64,000 nt of DNA from a virus (IMGVR_UViG_3300033062_000614); one strand, 5' to 3'; shown: positions 18,381-27,826, numbered from the stretch's first letter. Made by a program: numbers and translations. The notes: generated from the sequence alone by a model not told the origin.

Positions 18381-19387
18381 ACAGGAGAGGTCAAGCACTC
18401 GGAATTGGGGCGGCAGTTATAGTTGTTATGGCTTTAGTAATCTTCATTATGACCTTTGGCTGGGTCAATGTGCACCCAACAGAGGTTGCAGTAGAGATTA
18501 ACAAAGCTGCGGGCAAAATCTATGATGCTCCGAAAGGGGTAGGCTATCATTTCTTCAATCGTTGGATTACGGATATGGTAGTCTATAAGGTTGCGGCAAG
18601 AGCATTTCCTGCAGAGCAGCTAGGCGAAGCTGATAGGAAGCTCTATCAATTAGATGTAAAAACAAAAGATGGACAAAATGTAGTCTTGGATTTAACAGTA
18701 TTGTATATGTTGAAGTCCAATGAGGTTCCCGCTTTACATCAACAGGTAGGTCAAAACTATGAAGACCAGATTATATTACCTCAAATAAGGTCAGAGGCTA
18801 GACTAGCAATTGGTGCTTATGCAGCAGAGGAAATATATCAGGGTAAGGTTAGGGATGAGATACAAACTGAAGTTAGACGGAAGTTGTCTCTTGCTCTATC
18901 TAAGTATCCTGCAATTCAAATAAATGATACTTTGATTAGAAACTTCACCTTTAGTCCAGAGTTTGAGAAGGCTATTGAACGAAAGAAGTTAGCTGCTCAA
19001 GAGGTAGAAATCAATAAGAACCTTGCCTTAGCAGCTGAAGAGAATGCTAAGAAAGTTGAGGCAGATGCTCGTGGCGGTAAATTGCAAGCTATACAGGTTG
19101 CTGAAGGTGCTGCCCAAGCAGTTAAGATAAATGCTGAGGCAGAAAGGTATAAACTTGAACAAGAAGCCATTGGTAAACTTGCTGGGTATAAGGCTGATGC
19201 AGAGGGCAAAAGACTTCAGGCTGAGGCTTTAGGTGGGGGTAAGAACGTTGTAGCTTTGAAGTTTGCTGAGATGTTATCACCTACCTTAAAGATAGTTGGA
19301 GTGCCTGTAGGGGCGAACTCGACTTCTATAATGGATTTGAATGGAGTTTTCAAAGGGTTGTTCAGCAACTTGGATGAATCAAAATGA
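18377..19387 (+). CDS. SPFH/band-7 (HflC/HflK/prohibitin-like) membrane protein
   Basis: N-terminal TM helix then 'VNVHPTEVAVEINKAAGKI…' SPFH core. Ala/Glu-rich C-terminal coiled coil 'AQEVEINKNLALAAEENAKKVEADARGG' typical of HflK/C and flotillins. Confidence 0.65.
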   Translation: MNRRGQALGIGAAVIVVMALVIFIMTFGWVNVHPTEVAVEINKAAGKIYDAPKGVGYHFFNRWITDMVVYKVAARAFPAEQLGEADRKLYQLDVKTKDGQNVVLDLTVLYMLKSNEVPALHQQVGQNYEDQIILPQIRSEARLAIGAYAAEEIYQGKVRDEIQTEVRRKLSLALSKYPAIQINDTLIRNFTFSPEFEKAIERKKLAAQEVEINKNLALAAEENAKKVEADARGGKLQAIQVAEGAAQAVKINAEAERYKLEQEAIGKLAGYKADAEGKRLQAEALGGGKNVVALKFAEMLSPTLKIVGVPVGANSTSIMDLNGVFKGLFSNLDESK

Positions 19388-19620
19388 AAGATAGGGGCAT
19401 CAGACGTCAAACAACTGAAAAGGTAATTTACAAGCGGTTGAAGTTAGTGAAGTCTTTTGACCCTAAGCATTACGAGAAGATGAAGGCAGAGCCTCACAGG
19501 GTTGCTAAGCAACATCCATTTGATTGCGGTAATCCAAAGTGTGGGCTCTGCCATTCAGATAAGCTAAGCAAGAAACCTAAGAAACCTGTAGTAATTGGAG
19601 AGTTAGAGGGCGATTACTAA
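19384..19620 (+). CDS. hypothetical protein with CxxC…CxxC
   Basis: ATGA coupling. 'CGNPKCGLC'. Confidence 0.4.
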   Translation: MKDRGIRRQTTEKVIYKRLKLVKSFDPKHYEKMKAEPHRVAKQHPFDCGNPKCGLCHSDKLSKKPKKPVVIGELEGDY

Positions 19621-19841
19621 TGGCTAAGTATTACCTTGAGATTATGGTAAAGGATGAACTTGGAAACAAAGTAGATTCGGTAGTCTCTGAAGTAGTTTGG
19701 TTAAGACCCGATGATGCCCGTGGGTGGATGAAAGCTCTGTATCTTATGATGAACAATATGATTACAGGTAAGATGATTAGGGCAGAAAAGCCTGTTAAAG
19801 CAAAACCCAATTTGTTGAGGCGTTGGTTTGGAAGACCCTGA
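19620..19841 (+). CDS. hypothetical protein
   Basis: TAATG coupling. Confidence 0.4.
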   Translation: MAKYYLEIMVKDELGNKVDSVVSEVVWLRPDDARGWMKALYLMMNNMITGKMIRAEKPVKAKPNLLRRWFGRP

Positions 19842-19986
19842 AAGGTTTGAAATAGACTACGAAGAATACAAGAAAATGCTCTCTTTGAATGACCATCAAG
19901 AGCAGGTAATCATAGTAATGTCTCTTGAGCAAGTTGAGAAGATATTGGAATGGTATTGTGAGAAGTTCGGCAAGATAGTTATTTAG
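19828..19986 (+). CDS. possible small ORF (36–52 aa)
   Basis: Open frame filling the 19842–19995 gap (TTG 19828 or ATG 19876 to TAG 19984). Weak RBS; not in the ORF track. Confidence 0.15.
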   Translation: MEDPERFEIDYEEYKKMLSLNDHQEQVIIVMSLEQVEKILEWYCEKFGKIVI

Positions 19987-19995
19987 GAGGCTCTT

Positions 19996-20331
19996 ATGAC
20001 GTATGAAGACTTTGACAAGCTGTATGCTAAGATGGTAGAGGAAGAAGTGGGCATAGGACATTCTAAGGGGCGGGAATACACAATGGGTGATAGGTTAGAT
20101 AACTTCAAACGTATAGGGGCTGAGATGGGTATCAGCCCTAAGCAAGCCCTATGGGTCTACCTAAAGAAGCACCTTGACAGTATTGCTAACTACATATGCA
20201 ATGAGGTAAAGTGTGATGCAGGTAGCAAGCCTAAGTTATCAGAGCCGATTGAGGGACGTATACTAGATGCTAGGGTCTACCTAGCTTTGTTGAGAGGCTT
20301 AATTGAAGAAGATAAGCAAGCAAGACAATGA
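19996..20331 (+). CDS. hypothetical protein
   Basis: RBS TAGGAGG then ATG. Confidence 0.45.
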   Translation: MTYEDFDKLYAKMVEEEVGIGHSKGREYTMGDRLDNFKRIGAEMGISPKQALWVYLKKHLDSIANYICNEVKCDAGSKPKLSEPIEGRILDARVYLALLRGLIEEDKQARQ

Positions 20332-20641
20332 GTGGTTGCTGAAGGCTCTTGCTGACCTTAGAAACAAAGACCAGAAGTTCGACAAGTTAATCAAACTTGT
20401 AAGCAAAGCCTTCAAAACTCAAAACCTTAAACTTCTCAAGCGGTTGGTTAGCTTTGTAACTAAGGATAACGACAAGACTTGGGAAGGGGTAATGAGTGCA
20501 GTAGCTGCTACTAGGGATACGAAGTTAGAGAGGGGTTTGCTTCAGATGGCAGAAGATATGACTTTGTTGAGAAATAGACTACAAAGGCTAGTAGAAGATG
20601 TGGAGAGTAATGGATGGGGAGAGACAAAGTCATATGGTTGA
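20303..20641 (+). CDS. hypothetical protein
   Basis: TTG start overlapping the upstream gene by 29 nt, so the start is uncertain. Confidence 0.3.
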   Translation: MKKISKQDNEWLLKALADLRNKDQKFDKLIKLVSKAFKTQNLKLLKRLVSFVTKDNDKTWEGVMSAVAATRDTKLERGLLQMAEDMTLLRNRLQRLVEDVESNGWGETKSYG

Positions 20642-20708
20642 TTTTAGCTTTGTTGATGACTCTTTGGATGATACAAAAAGGAGTCTTTAGGGAGGGTTTC
20701 TAGCTAAG

Positions 20709-21293
20709 ATGAGCACGCTGGATACTTGGAAGTTTCTACAAGAGAATCAATACTTTGAAAACCATAGGCTTTATGTATGGGAACCTGATGCACCTAAATG
20801 GGTAAAGCTAGAAGATATTAGGGGCAAAGCTATAGTAGAGATTGGTGGGGGCTTTGGCAGGCAGACCGCTTACTTTGGCAAGATTGCTCGCAAAGTTTAT
20901 ATGATAGAGGTATCAAAGACTATTATAGAGAAAGCTAAGAAGTTTCTTGATAAGCATAATGTTCATAATGTTGAGTTGTTACTAGTTGACGATTACTATG
21001 AGAAGATACCTTTTAATATAGATTATGCCTATTCTTATTTAGTCTTTCAACATATTACTCCTATGCAAACTCAAGAGTATATCGATGCTATGTATCGTAA
21101 GCTTGCTCCTTGTGGTAAGATAAACTTTCAATTTAGATTAGGCGAAGGGGCTATGTATTTACCAAAGCTAGAGCCTACAGTATTATATACTGTCAAAGAT
21201 GTAAGGCGTATGGTAAATAGATTTCATATACTACAAGAAACTGTAAAGGATGAACACATTTTTATTTACGCTAGTAAACCGCCTCAAAGTTAG
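20709..21293 (+). CDS. Class I SAM-dependent methyltransferase
   Basis: Motif I 'VEIGGGFGRQTAYF' (E/DxGxGxG) followed by an acidic motif II 'YMIEV'. RBS AGGGAGGG. Confidence 0.55.
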   Translation: MSTLDTWKFLQENQYFENHRLYVWEPDAPKWVKLEDIRGKAIVEIGGGFGRQTAYFGKIARKVYMIEVSKTIIEKAKKFLDKHNVHNVELLLVDDYYEKIPFNIDYAYSYLVFQHITPMQTQEYIDAMYRKLAPCGKINFQFRLGEGAMYLPKLEPTVLYTVKDVRRMVNRFHILQETVKDEHIFIYASKPPQS

Positions 21294-21301
21294 GAGATAA
21301 G

Positions 21302-21490
21302 ATGCCGACAGAAACTGTAGATTGTGTAGGTTGTGGTAGAAAGGTAAAGTTGAATAAATATAACTCGAAAAGCCCGTATACTTGTGCAAAGTGCAGAGGT
21401 ATTGAGATACCTAAAAGACCTTCTAAGCGAAGAGAACCTGAAGAATTTAAGGACAAAGTCCATTATTCGGCAATGCGATATGGAGGATAA
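21302..21490 (+). CDS. small zinc-ribbon protein
   Basis: 'CVGCGRK…CAKCRG'. RBS TAGGAG. Confidence 0.4.
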   Translation: MPTETVDCVGCGRKVKLNKYNSKSPYTCAKCRGIEIPKRPSKRREPEEFKDKVHYSAMRYGG

Positions 21491-21491
21491 T

Positions 21492-21716
21492 ATGATAGTA
21501 GAAAAGCAGTCAACAAAGTATAAGATACAGGCAGAGGGCGGTAGACATATCGTAGTAGAGATTTTAGGTGATACGGCAGATACTGCAAAGATTACTATAT
21601 GTAACCATAAGGGTGACTCTAAGTTTGGCTTTGTTGGTAGCAAACCCGAAGCTGTGCGAGAGATTGCTGAGTTGATGTTAAAAGCTGTAGAGCTAGCAAC
21701 TGTAAGGAGACCTTGA
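21492..21716 (+). CDS. hypothetical protein
   Basis: RBS TGGAGGATAAT then ATG 21492. The track start 21384 overlaps the upstream gene by 100 nt, so 21492 is preferred. Confidence 0.4.
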   Translation: MIVEKQSTKYKIQAEGGRHIVVEILGDTADTAKITICNHKGDSKFGFVGSKPEAVREIAELMLKAVELATVRRP

Positions 21717-21898
21717 TGCCAATATGTCCTTTGTTGCAAAAGAATTGTTTGAAAGATGAATGTGCAATGTGGGTTCTGTATGACAAAGCAACTGATGATA
21801 AAGATGGGCTATGTGGTTTGATTTCTCAACCTTGCAGAAAGAGAGAAGAAAATGACAATCAAGGAGTTGATAAAGGAATGCCACAACACAGCGATTGA
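21713..21898 (+). CDS. hypothetical Cys-rich small protein
   Basis: ATGA coupling. Overlaps the MazG start by 47 nt, so the boundaries are uncertain. Confidence 0.25.
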   Translation: MMPICPLLQKNCLKDECAMWVLYDKATDDKDGLCGLISQPCRKREENDNQGVDKGMPQHSD

Positions 21899-22142
21899 GA
21901 AAGGCTTTTGGGACAAAGAGAGAAATGATGGTGAAGCTGTAGCATTGATGCACTCCGAGCTTTCAGAGGCATTGGAGGGTATGCGTCATAATAACCAAGA
22001 GAATGTAGCAGAGGAGCTTGCCGATTGTCTTATTCGTATATTTGACTACTGTGGCGGCAAAGAGATAGACCTTGAGGCTGCGTTAGTCAAGAAGATGGAA
22101 TATAACAAGACAAGACCTTACAAACACGGCAAGACTTTCTAA
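21852..22142 (+). CDS. MazG-like nucleoside triphosphate pyrophosphohydrolase
   Basis: 'ELIKECHNTAIEKGFWD…ALMHSELSEALEGMR…EELADCLIRIFDYC' matches the all-α NTP-PPase EExxE…EELaD metal-binding pattern. 96 aa is a typical phage MazG size. Confidence 0.6.
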   Translation: MTIKELIKECHNTAIEKGFWDKERNDGEAVALMHSELSEALEGMRHNNQENVAEELADCLIRIFDYCGGKEIDLEAALVKKMEYNKTRPYKHGKTF

Positions 22143-22285
22143 TGAAAGAGATACTAAGAGTTGCAAAACAAATAGGCAAGGTATTGTTTTTTGCCTCACT
22201 ACCTTTCTTTCCACTTATGTGTATTACGTTGCCTGTAGCTTTTTTGTTAGGCTTAACAGAAAGAAGTGTAACTCTTGATAACTAA
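22142..22285 (+). CDS. possible small hydrophobic peptide (47 aa)
   Basis: TAATG coupling to MazG. 'MKEILRVAKQIGKVLFFASLPFFPLMCITLPVAFLLGL…' is a single TM helix. Not in the ORF track. Confidence 0.25.
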   Translation: MKEILRVAKQIGKVLFFASLPFFPLMCITLPVAFLLGLTERSVTLDN

Positions 22286-22469
22286 AAGCGAAGATAACAA
22301 TAATTTGTATTTTGTTGAATGCAACAACTGTGGAGAAACTGAAGACTTTGAAGCCCCCAGTTGGAAGGACTTAATCAAAGATATGAAAGACTTAGGTTGG
22401 GTAATATTCAAAGTTGGGGAAGAATGGCAACACCTATGTGTAAATTGTAGTAGAAAGGCGGCAGAATGA
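22275..22469 (+). CDS. small zinc-ribbon protein
   Basis: 'CNNCGE…CVNC'. TTG start is uncertain; it overlaps the preceding candidate peptide. Confidence 0.35.
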   Translation: MITKSEDNNNLYFVECNNCGETEDFEAPSWKDLIKDMKDLGWVIFKVGEEWQHLCVNCSRKAAE

Positions 22470-23185
22470 ACTTAGAAAGGTTCAAAGTTGAAGAAAAGAT
22501 ACGAGAGAGCCTTAGAAAAAACAGAGGCGATGTCTTACAGGTAGCAGAAGAGACAGGGTTCTCACTTCTTGTCATTATGAGGGTTGAAGACAAGATGGAG
22601 AAAAAGGAAGACCGTCAACCCTTTCATATAGAGGTAGGCAAGAATCTCACTAAAGAGATACTACTTGGCAGGCACCAGAGAATACATCATCTGGTGCGAA
22701 TGTTAAATAAGCTAGAAGACCGAGAACAAAAGGAAGTTTCAACTTGTTGTAGTTTTCCTTTTATCTTTACGATTAAGGAACAAAAGAAGGTAACTGTCTG
22801 TAAGAAATGCGGTGAGGTTTGCCGCACCCTGCTTGTTGATAGCCTTGAGACCTATGATAAGAAGATGGAGATTATCAGAGAGCTAAGAGCTGAAGAAGAT
22901 AAGTTAGTTGATTGGCTTGCTAAGATGGGCTATACTAATGCACCTATGCAACCTCAAATGCCTACTGCTGTCATAAAGAATACACAATTGATATTTGGAA
23001 ACCCCTCTAAGCTAAGTAGCGAAGAGCGTCAAGCTATCACAGATTTGAAAGATATGCCTCAACAAGATGTAGAGAAAGTTATCAAAGAGATGGAGAAAGT
23101 GCTTATGACTGCTAAATATAGAGATGCTGAAGGAAACTTTATAGACCCTTCACTCAAAGAAATCGATGGACCAAAACAGCAATAA
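22466..23185 (+). CDS. hypothetical protein, candidate terminase small subunit
   Basis: Sits immediately upstream of the large terminase and overlaps it. N-terminal HTH-like 'RGDVLQVAEETGFSLLVIM'. The call rests on position only. Confidence 0.3.
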   Translation: MNLERFKVEEKIRESLRKNRGDVLQVAEETGFSLLVIMRVEDKMEKKEDRQPFHIEVGKNLTKEILLGRHQRIHHLVRMLNKLEDREQKEVSTCCSFPFIFTIKEQKKVTVCKKCGEVCRTLLVDSLETYDKKMEIIRELRAEEDKLVDWLAKMGYTNAPMQPQMPTAVIKNTQLIFGNPSKLSSEERQAITDLKDMPQQDVEKVIKEMEKVLMTAKYRDAEGNFIDPSLKEIDGPKQQ

Positions 23186-25106
23186 GTATGAGAAATTAGA
23201 TACACTCAACGCCAATACTAATGCTATTATCTATAAAGAACAACCAGCAGATATTATTCATTTTGTTTGTGACTCCTACTATTTAGGGGAGTCAACAGAT
23301 AATGGTAGAGCAATCTACCCTGCTTGGAAAGAAAAGTTGATGGAGATGTTTTTCGACAACTCCAGATACTTAGTTGTTCTAACAGGTGCTATAGGTATAG
23401 GCAAGACCAATACTGCTATCTTAGGTATGCTATATGTCTTGCACCGCATTCTCTGCCTCAAAGACCCTTTCGCTTTCTTCAATGCCGTTGACGTAGGCAA
23501 GTTTACCGTTTCTTTCTTTAACCTTACCAAAACCCTCAGTCAGTCAAAAGGTTTCAATACAATGCAAGACTACTTGATGAAGTCTAAGTGGTTTTGGGCA
23601 CACGGAGGTGTTTTGAGAGGGGCTAAGGACAAGTATATGGAGTTGCCTATCTTTGATTGGAACTTAGCCTCTCCATATGCTAAGGGTTATGGTAGTATTG
23701 GGGCGCACGTTATTACGTCCTTGATGGATGAGATTGATAGTCCATCAGAGTCAGAGAACCAGAAGCTTAGGGTATTGAACGCATACGAGGCTACTGTTAG
23801 ACGGTTCGACTCCCGCTTTGTCCGCAAAGGTTCAACTATGGGTAGATTCTTCTTAGTATCTTCAAAACAGGATGAGTTGTCTTTTTTGAATACCTTTGTG
23901 GAAGAGATGAAGTCATCAGGCAGAGTATTCATCGTAGATTTACCGCTTTGGAAAGCTAAAGCTCACTTACCTAAACAATACTCTGGAGATATGTTCCCTG
24001 TTATGGTAGGCGATACCTATACGGAGCCTAAGATACTGAGCTCTGAAGATGAAGTCAACCAATCAAAACTCCAAGGCTTTGAAGTTATTGATGTGCCTGT
24101 AGAATATAAGAACGACTTTGAAAGGGATATCATAGGAGCTCTTAGGGATATAGCAGGGGTATCGGTCAAAGGCGTAAGAGCTTCAAAGTTCTTTCCATCC
24201 GAAAGATTTCTTACGGCTTGTTATGACGAGAACAAGCCTGACCCTGTTAGTAAGACTACTATTGAGATAGGTTTACAAGATAAGCAAGAGTTGATAGAAT
24301 ACATAGATTTGAGTTTGATACGAGTGCCTTACGGAATTCCAAGATGTATCTCTTGCGATATTGCCTTCACTAATGACGCACTAGGTATAGCTATGTCAGG
24401 TATTGTAGGTTGGACTGAAGTGCAGTCTGAGAAGAGTGATGGGACTTTCGCAAGCGTTAAGGCTCCTGTAGTAGAGACCGACATTGTGATACGGTTGAAG
24501 GCTAGAGAAGGTGACCGTATACCTATGCACAAGGTTAGAAAGCTAGTGCTAGACTTGAGAGCTAAGGGCTTTAACATAATCAAGTTTACCTCAGACCTTA
24601 TGCTTGCATCTGAAGATACCTTCCAAATACTCCAAAGAGTTGGAATTGAGTGCCAATACTTCTCTGTTGACAAGACAATGCAACCATATCTAGACTTTAG
24701 GAATATGGTATACGAGAACCGTTGGCTCTGTCACAGACACGAGTATCTTCACTTCGAGCTCAAGAACTTGGAAGTTGACAGCGTAAAGGGTAAGATTGAA
24801 CATCCTGACAAAGTCAAAGACGTTCTGCTTTTGAAGGATGGGAGCGTCAAAGATGTAGTCCTCACAGGCTCTAAAGACTTGTCTGACTGCGTTGTTGCTT
24901 CAGTTATCAATGCTGCTCTTAGTCAAAAGACTCCTGTTGATGTTGCTAAGATGAAAGAGATTATGCGTAAGTCTATGGCTTCTTCAGAGGCAGAGGCAGA
25001 GAAACACAAGTATTGGTGGGCTTTTGACGAGAGGACGGGCAAGCCAGTGGTTGGCACAAGTGATGATATGAATAAGTTTAAGAACTTGTTGAAGAAACAA
25101 TTGTAG
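23166..25106 (+). CDS. Terminase large subunit (gp17-like)
   Basis: Walker A-like 'LTGAIGIGKTNTAI' (cf. T4 'LSRQLGKTTVVAI'). C-terminal RNaseH-like nuclease start 'CDIAFTNDALGIAMSGIV' (cf. T4 'DCSEGRGQDYHALHIIDV'). 646 aa, upstream of the portal. Confidence 0.6.
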   Translation: MDQNSNKYEKLDTLNANTNAIIYKEQPADIIHFVCDSYYLGESTDNGRAIYPAWKEKLMEMFFDNSRYLVVLTGAIGIGKTNTAILGMLYVLHRILCLKDPFAFFNAVDVGKFTVSFFNLTKTLSQSKGFNTMQDYLMKSKWFWAHGGVLRGAKDKYMELPIFDWNLASPYAKGYGSIGAHVITSLMDEIDSPSESENQKLRVLNAYEATVRRFDSRFVRKGSTMGRFFLVSSKQDELSFLNTFVEEMKSSGRVFIVDLPLWKAKAHLPKQYSGDMFPVMVGDTYTEPKILSSEDEVNQSKLQGFEVIDVPVEYKNDFERDIIGALRDIAGVSVKGVRASKFFPSERFLTACYDENKPDPVSKTTIEIGLQDKQELIEYIDLSLIRVPYGIPRCISCDIAFTNDALGIAMSGIVGWTEVQSEKSDGTFASVKAPVVETDIVIRLKAREGDRIPMHKVRKLVLDLRAKGFNIIKFTSDLMLASEDTFQILQRVGIECQYFSVDKTMQPYLDFRNMVYENRWLCHRHEYLHFELKNLEVDSVKGKIEHPDKVKDVLLLKDGSVKDVVLTGSKDLSDCVVASVINAALSQKTPVDVAKMKEIMRKSMASSEAEAEKHKYWWAFDERTGKPVVGTSDDMNKFKNLLKKQL

Positions 25107-25126
25107 AATGAAAGGCTTTATATCTA

Positions 25127-25768
25127 ATGTGGGAACAGCATTTGGAAAGTGTGCTAACCCTAGCACAACAATATCAACTATCAAAAGACAGAGAGGTATT
25201 GGGAGAAATCTTCAAACGAATTGAGGGTTTGATTGTCAATGCTATAGTAGACTTGAAGAAACATATTCCCTATCTACAATACCTTGAACTCAATGACTTG
25301 TATCAAGATTCAATCCTCTGTTTGACGTCCTTCTTCTTAACAGTCCCTTCAGACTTTCCAATCAACCAAATGCCTACCCGTATCAAGAGCAACATACTAG
25401 ACTATGTAAAAGCCAAATACCGTTCCAGCAGAAGAGAAATACCTGCTATAGATTGCACAGTCAATGTAGAAGACAACGATGGTTCCTTTGTTGAACTACT
25501 ACCCTGCGTTTCTGAGACATTGTATGAAAACAATGACCCGATACACAAAGAAGCCATTGAATTCTACGAAGAGTTCTTTCTAGTAAAATGCAAAAGACAT
25601 CTAACAAAACGTGAGTTCGATTGCCTGCACTACTACTACTTCGAAGACTATTCTTATGATGACATTGGAAGACTTTACAACATAAAGAAGTCAAGAGTAA
25701 GCCAGATAATGAACAAAGCCCTCCGTAAAGTTCGCATAGTTTGCGAAGACTACTCCCTAAAAATCTAA
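25127..25768 (+). CDS. Sigma-70 family RNA polymerase sigma factor (group 3/4-like)
   Basis: C-terminal region-4 HTH 'REFDCLHYYYFEDYSYDDIGRLYNIKKSRVSQIMNKALRKV'. N-terminal region-2-like 'VLGEIFKRIEGLIVNAI…DLYQDSILCL'. Confidence 0.5.
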   Translation: MWEQHLESVLTLAQQYQLSKDREVLGEIFKRIEGLIVNAIVDLKKHIPYLQYLELNDLYQDSILCLTSFFLTVPSDFPINQMPTRIKSNILDYVKAKYRSSRREIPAIDCTVNVEDNDGSFVELLPCVSETLYENNDPIHKEAIEFYEEFFLVKCKRHLTKREFDCLHYYYFEDYSYDDIGRLYNIKKSRVSQIMNKALRKVRIVCEDYSLKI

Positions 25769-25929
25769 CCTGTTGCTATCCTTTAGCTATAAACTTTCCA
25801 AGTATGCTACCCTTTATTTATAGTGATACAATGAGACTAGGTATTATATCATATTTTACTTAAACTTGATAACTACCGAGTTACTACTTCGGTATAACCT
25901 ACCACAAAATAGGAGCTACACTTTAGCTT

Positions 25930-27621
25930 ATGAATCCTTTCGAAATAGTCAGCAAATACTTCCGTAAACCTACTACAGTTCCTGCCCAAGCTGTCACAGA
26001 CAAAATCCATCTTTCTGATAAAGAGAAAGAAATCCTCAAGCGTCTTGGAGTCTACGTAAATGACCTTCAAACTCTGATAAATCAGAATACGATGATAAAT
26101 TGGGAACGCAATCATTTATACCGTGAAATTGAGCGTTCCTTAGTTCATCCCTTAATAGGAGCAGCTGTAGAACTTTATGCTGATTATGCTACAAGTTACG
26201 ATAGAATAAACAATGCTACGATTTGGGTAGCTTCTGAGTCAGATACCTACAAGAACAAACTTGAAGATTTACTAGACTCCATAAATATTGAAGAAAGGAT
26301 ATTCGATTGGGCTTATCAACTTACTGCCTTTGGTGACCTGTTTGTCAAGATAAATGCAATTCCTGGAGTAGGTATAGTTTCGGTATCGGACGATGACCAT
26401 CCTTTGAATGTAAGTAGAGTTGACAAAGATGGAGCATTGATTGGATTCTACCGCACTCCCTATGGATTGTCTGCACAAGAGGCAAGAGAGCTTCTACCCC
26501 CTTGGGAATACATACATTTCAGATTATTGGGGGCTAAGAAGAAACGTCCGCTATACAATGACCCAAGCTTCGCTGAATATAAATCCATTACCTTGTTAAG
26601 TCCTGACGTTCGTAGACTTACCAGCAAATATGGAACTTCCTTAATCCTAAACGCTATACCGATTTACAAGAGAATGAGATTGGCTGAAGACAGCTTACTG
26701 TTAGCTAGGTTGAGCAAAGGTATAATGCGGTATATCTTCAAGGTCGGAGTAGACTCCACAAACATTGAAGCTGTATCAGAGATTATGGAAGACTACAAGG
26801 TATTGTTAAAGAGAACCAGAGCTATAGATACCTCAAGTCAATCCCCCAACCTGATTGACAATTTCGATATGATGGACGTTCTAACCGATTTAGTAATACC
26901 TGTTTGGGGAGACGTCAACAACTTGACAGTAGAGAAGCTAGGCGGTGAGCCTGACATCAGATGGATTGTAGATATTGAGGAGATGCGCAACCAATTGGCT
27001 TCAGCTTTAAGAGTTCCTCTCCAATTGCTTGGAGGATACCAGAGTGAGATGCCTAGTGGTCTAGGACGCTCTGCTATTGAGAGAATAGACATAAGGTTCG
27101 CTAGAAGTGCTAGGAGGCTTCAAAGAGGGCTCATTGAGGGTATTAAGCGGTTGTGTCAGATACACTTAGCCTATCAGGGAATGTCAGCAGACTTGAGTAT
27201 GTTCGATGTGCATATGTCTGAGACCTCTACAGCTGAAGAGGAAGAGCTGAAGGATGCTTTAGACAAGGGCGTAGATGTAGTAGACAAGCTCTTTGACTTG
27301 TTTGACAAGGCTGTAGGAACGGATTTGGACAAGTTGACTTTGTTGGACTACTTGAACGCTAAGGTGTTGAAGCTTACTGATATAGAGTTGCACAATATGT
27401 TGAAGTCTAAGGACTCCGAGGTTGCTAAGGCTCTAGAGAGTAGGCTCAACGAACGCAAGGCTGTAGTTGAGAAGAAACGTAAGGTTGTGTTGATTACCAA
27501 TTCAGATTTGAGGAGCTTTACTCCTCTAGTTGAAAGTCAAGCTAAGTGGAAAGAAACCTACGGGGCTTGCAAGGTTACAGAAGAGGAAGTTGAGACCGAA
27601 AACGGAAAACAGAAGTCATAG
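25930..27621 (+). CDS. Portal protein (gp20-like)
   Basis: 'GEPDIRWIVDIEEMRNQLASALRVPLQLLGG' parallels T4 gp20 '[20 protein letters not shown]'. 563 aa; position follows the terminase. Confidence 0.7.
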   Translation: MNPFEIVSKYFRKPTTVPAQAVTDKIHLSDKEKEILKRLGVYVNDLQTLINQNTMINWERNHLYREIERSLVHPLIGAAVELYADYATSYDRINNATIWVASESDTYKNKLEDLLDSINIEERIFDWAYQLTAFGDLFVKINAIPGVGIVSVSDDDHPLNVSRVDKDGALIGFYRTPYGLSAQEARELLPPWEYIHFRLLGAKKKRPLYNDPSFAEYKSITLLSPDVRRLTSKYGTSLILNAIPIYKRMRLAEDSLLLARLSKGIMRYIFKVGVDSTNIEAVSEIMEDYKVLLKRTRAIDTSSQSPNLIDNFDMMDVLTDLVIPVWGDVNNLTVEKLGGEPDIRWIVDIEEMRNQLASALRVPLQLLGGYQSEMPSGLGRSAIERIDIRFARSARRLQRGLIEGIKRLCQIHLAYQGMSADLSMFDVHMSETSTAEEEELKDALDKGVDVVDKLFDLFDKAVGTDLDKLTLLDYLNAKVLKLTDIELHNMLKSKDSEVAKALESRLNERKAVVEKKRKVVLITNSDLRSFTPLVESQAKWKETYGACKVTEEEVETENGKQKS

Positions 27622-27639
27622 TAAGTTATTGGGAGACAA

Positions 27640-27665
27640 CGACCCCATTTGGTGTAGAGGGGTCG
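27640..27665 (+). terminator. stem-loop downstream of portal gene
   Basis: Perfect 7-bp inverted repeat CGACCCC(N12)GGGGTCG, 19 nt after the portal stop. No clear U-tract. Confidence 0.3.
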
Positions 27666-27826
27666 GAACAAAGTGATTTGCTTACACAGATATGAACTTA
27701 TCATAGAAACAGGAAAGAAGCAGATAACAACAGACGAAGAGATTGAGCTTGCAAACGCAGTAAACGCTTTAGTAGTTTCCTTAAATTTCGAGGTTGTATC
27801 TTTTAAGGCTATGGTAGAAAGACAAG

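Noticed and set aside
25769-25929. TATAAATA-like T4 late-promoter motif near 25811
   Set aside because: The motif reads on the minus strand, whereas all genes are on the + strand. It is probably a chance AT-rich match.
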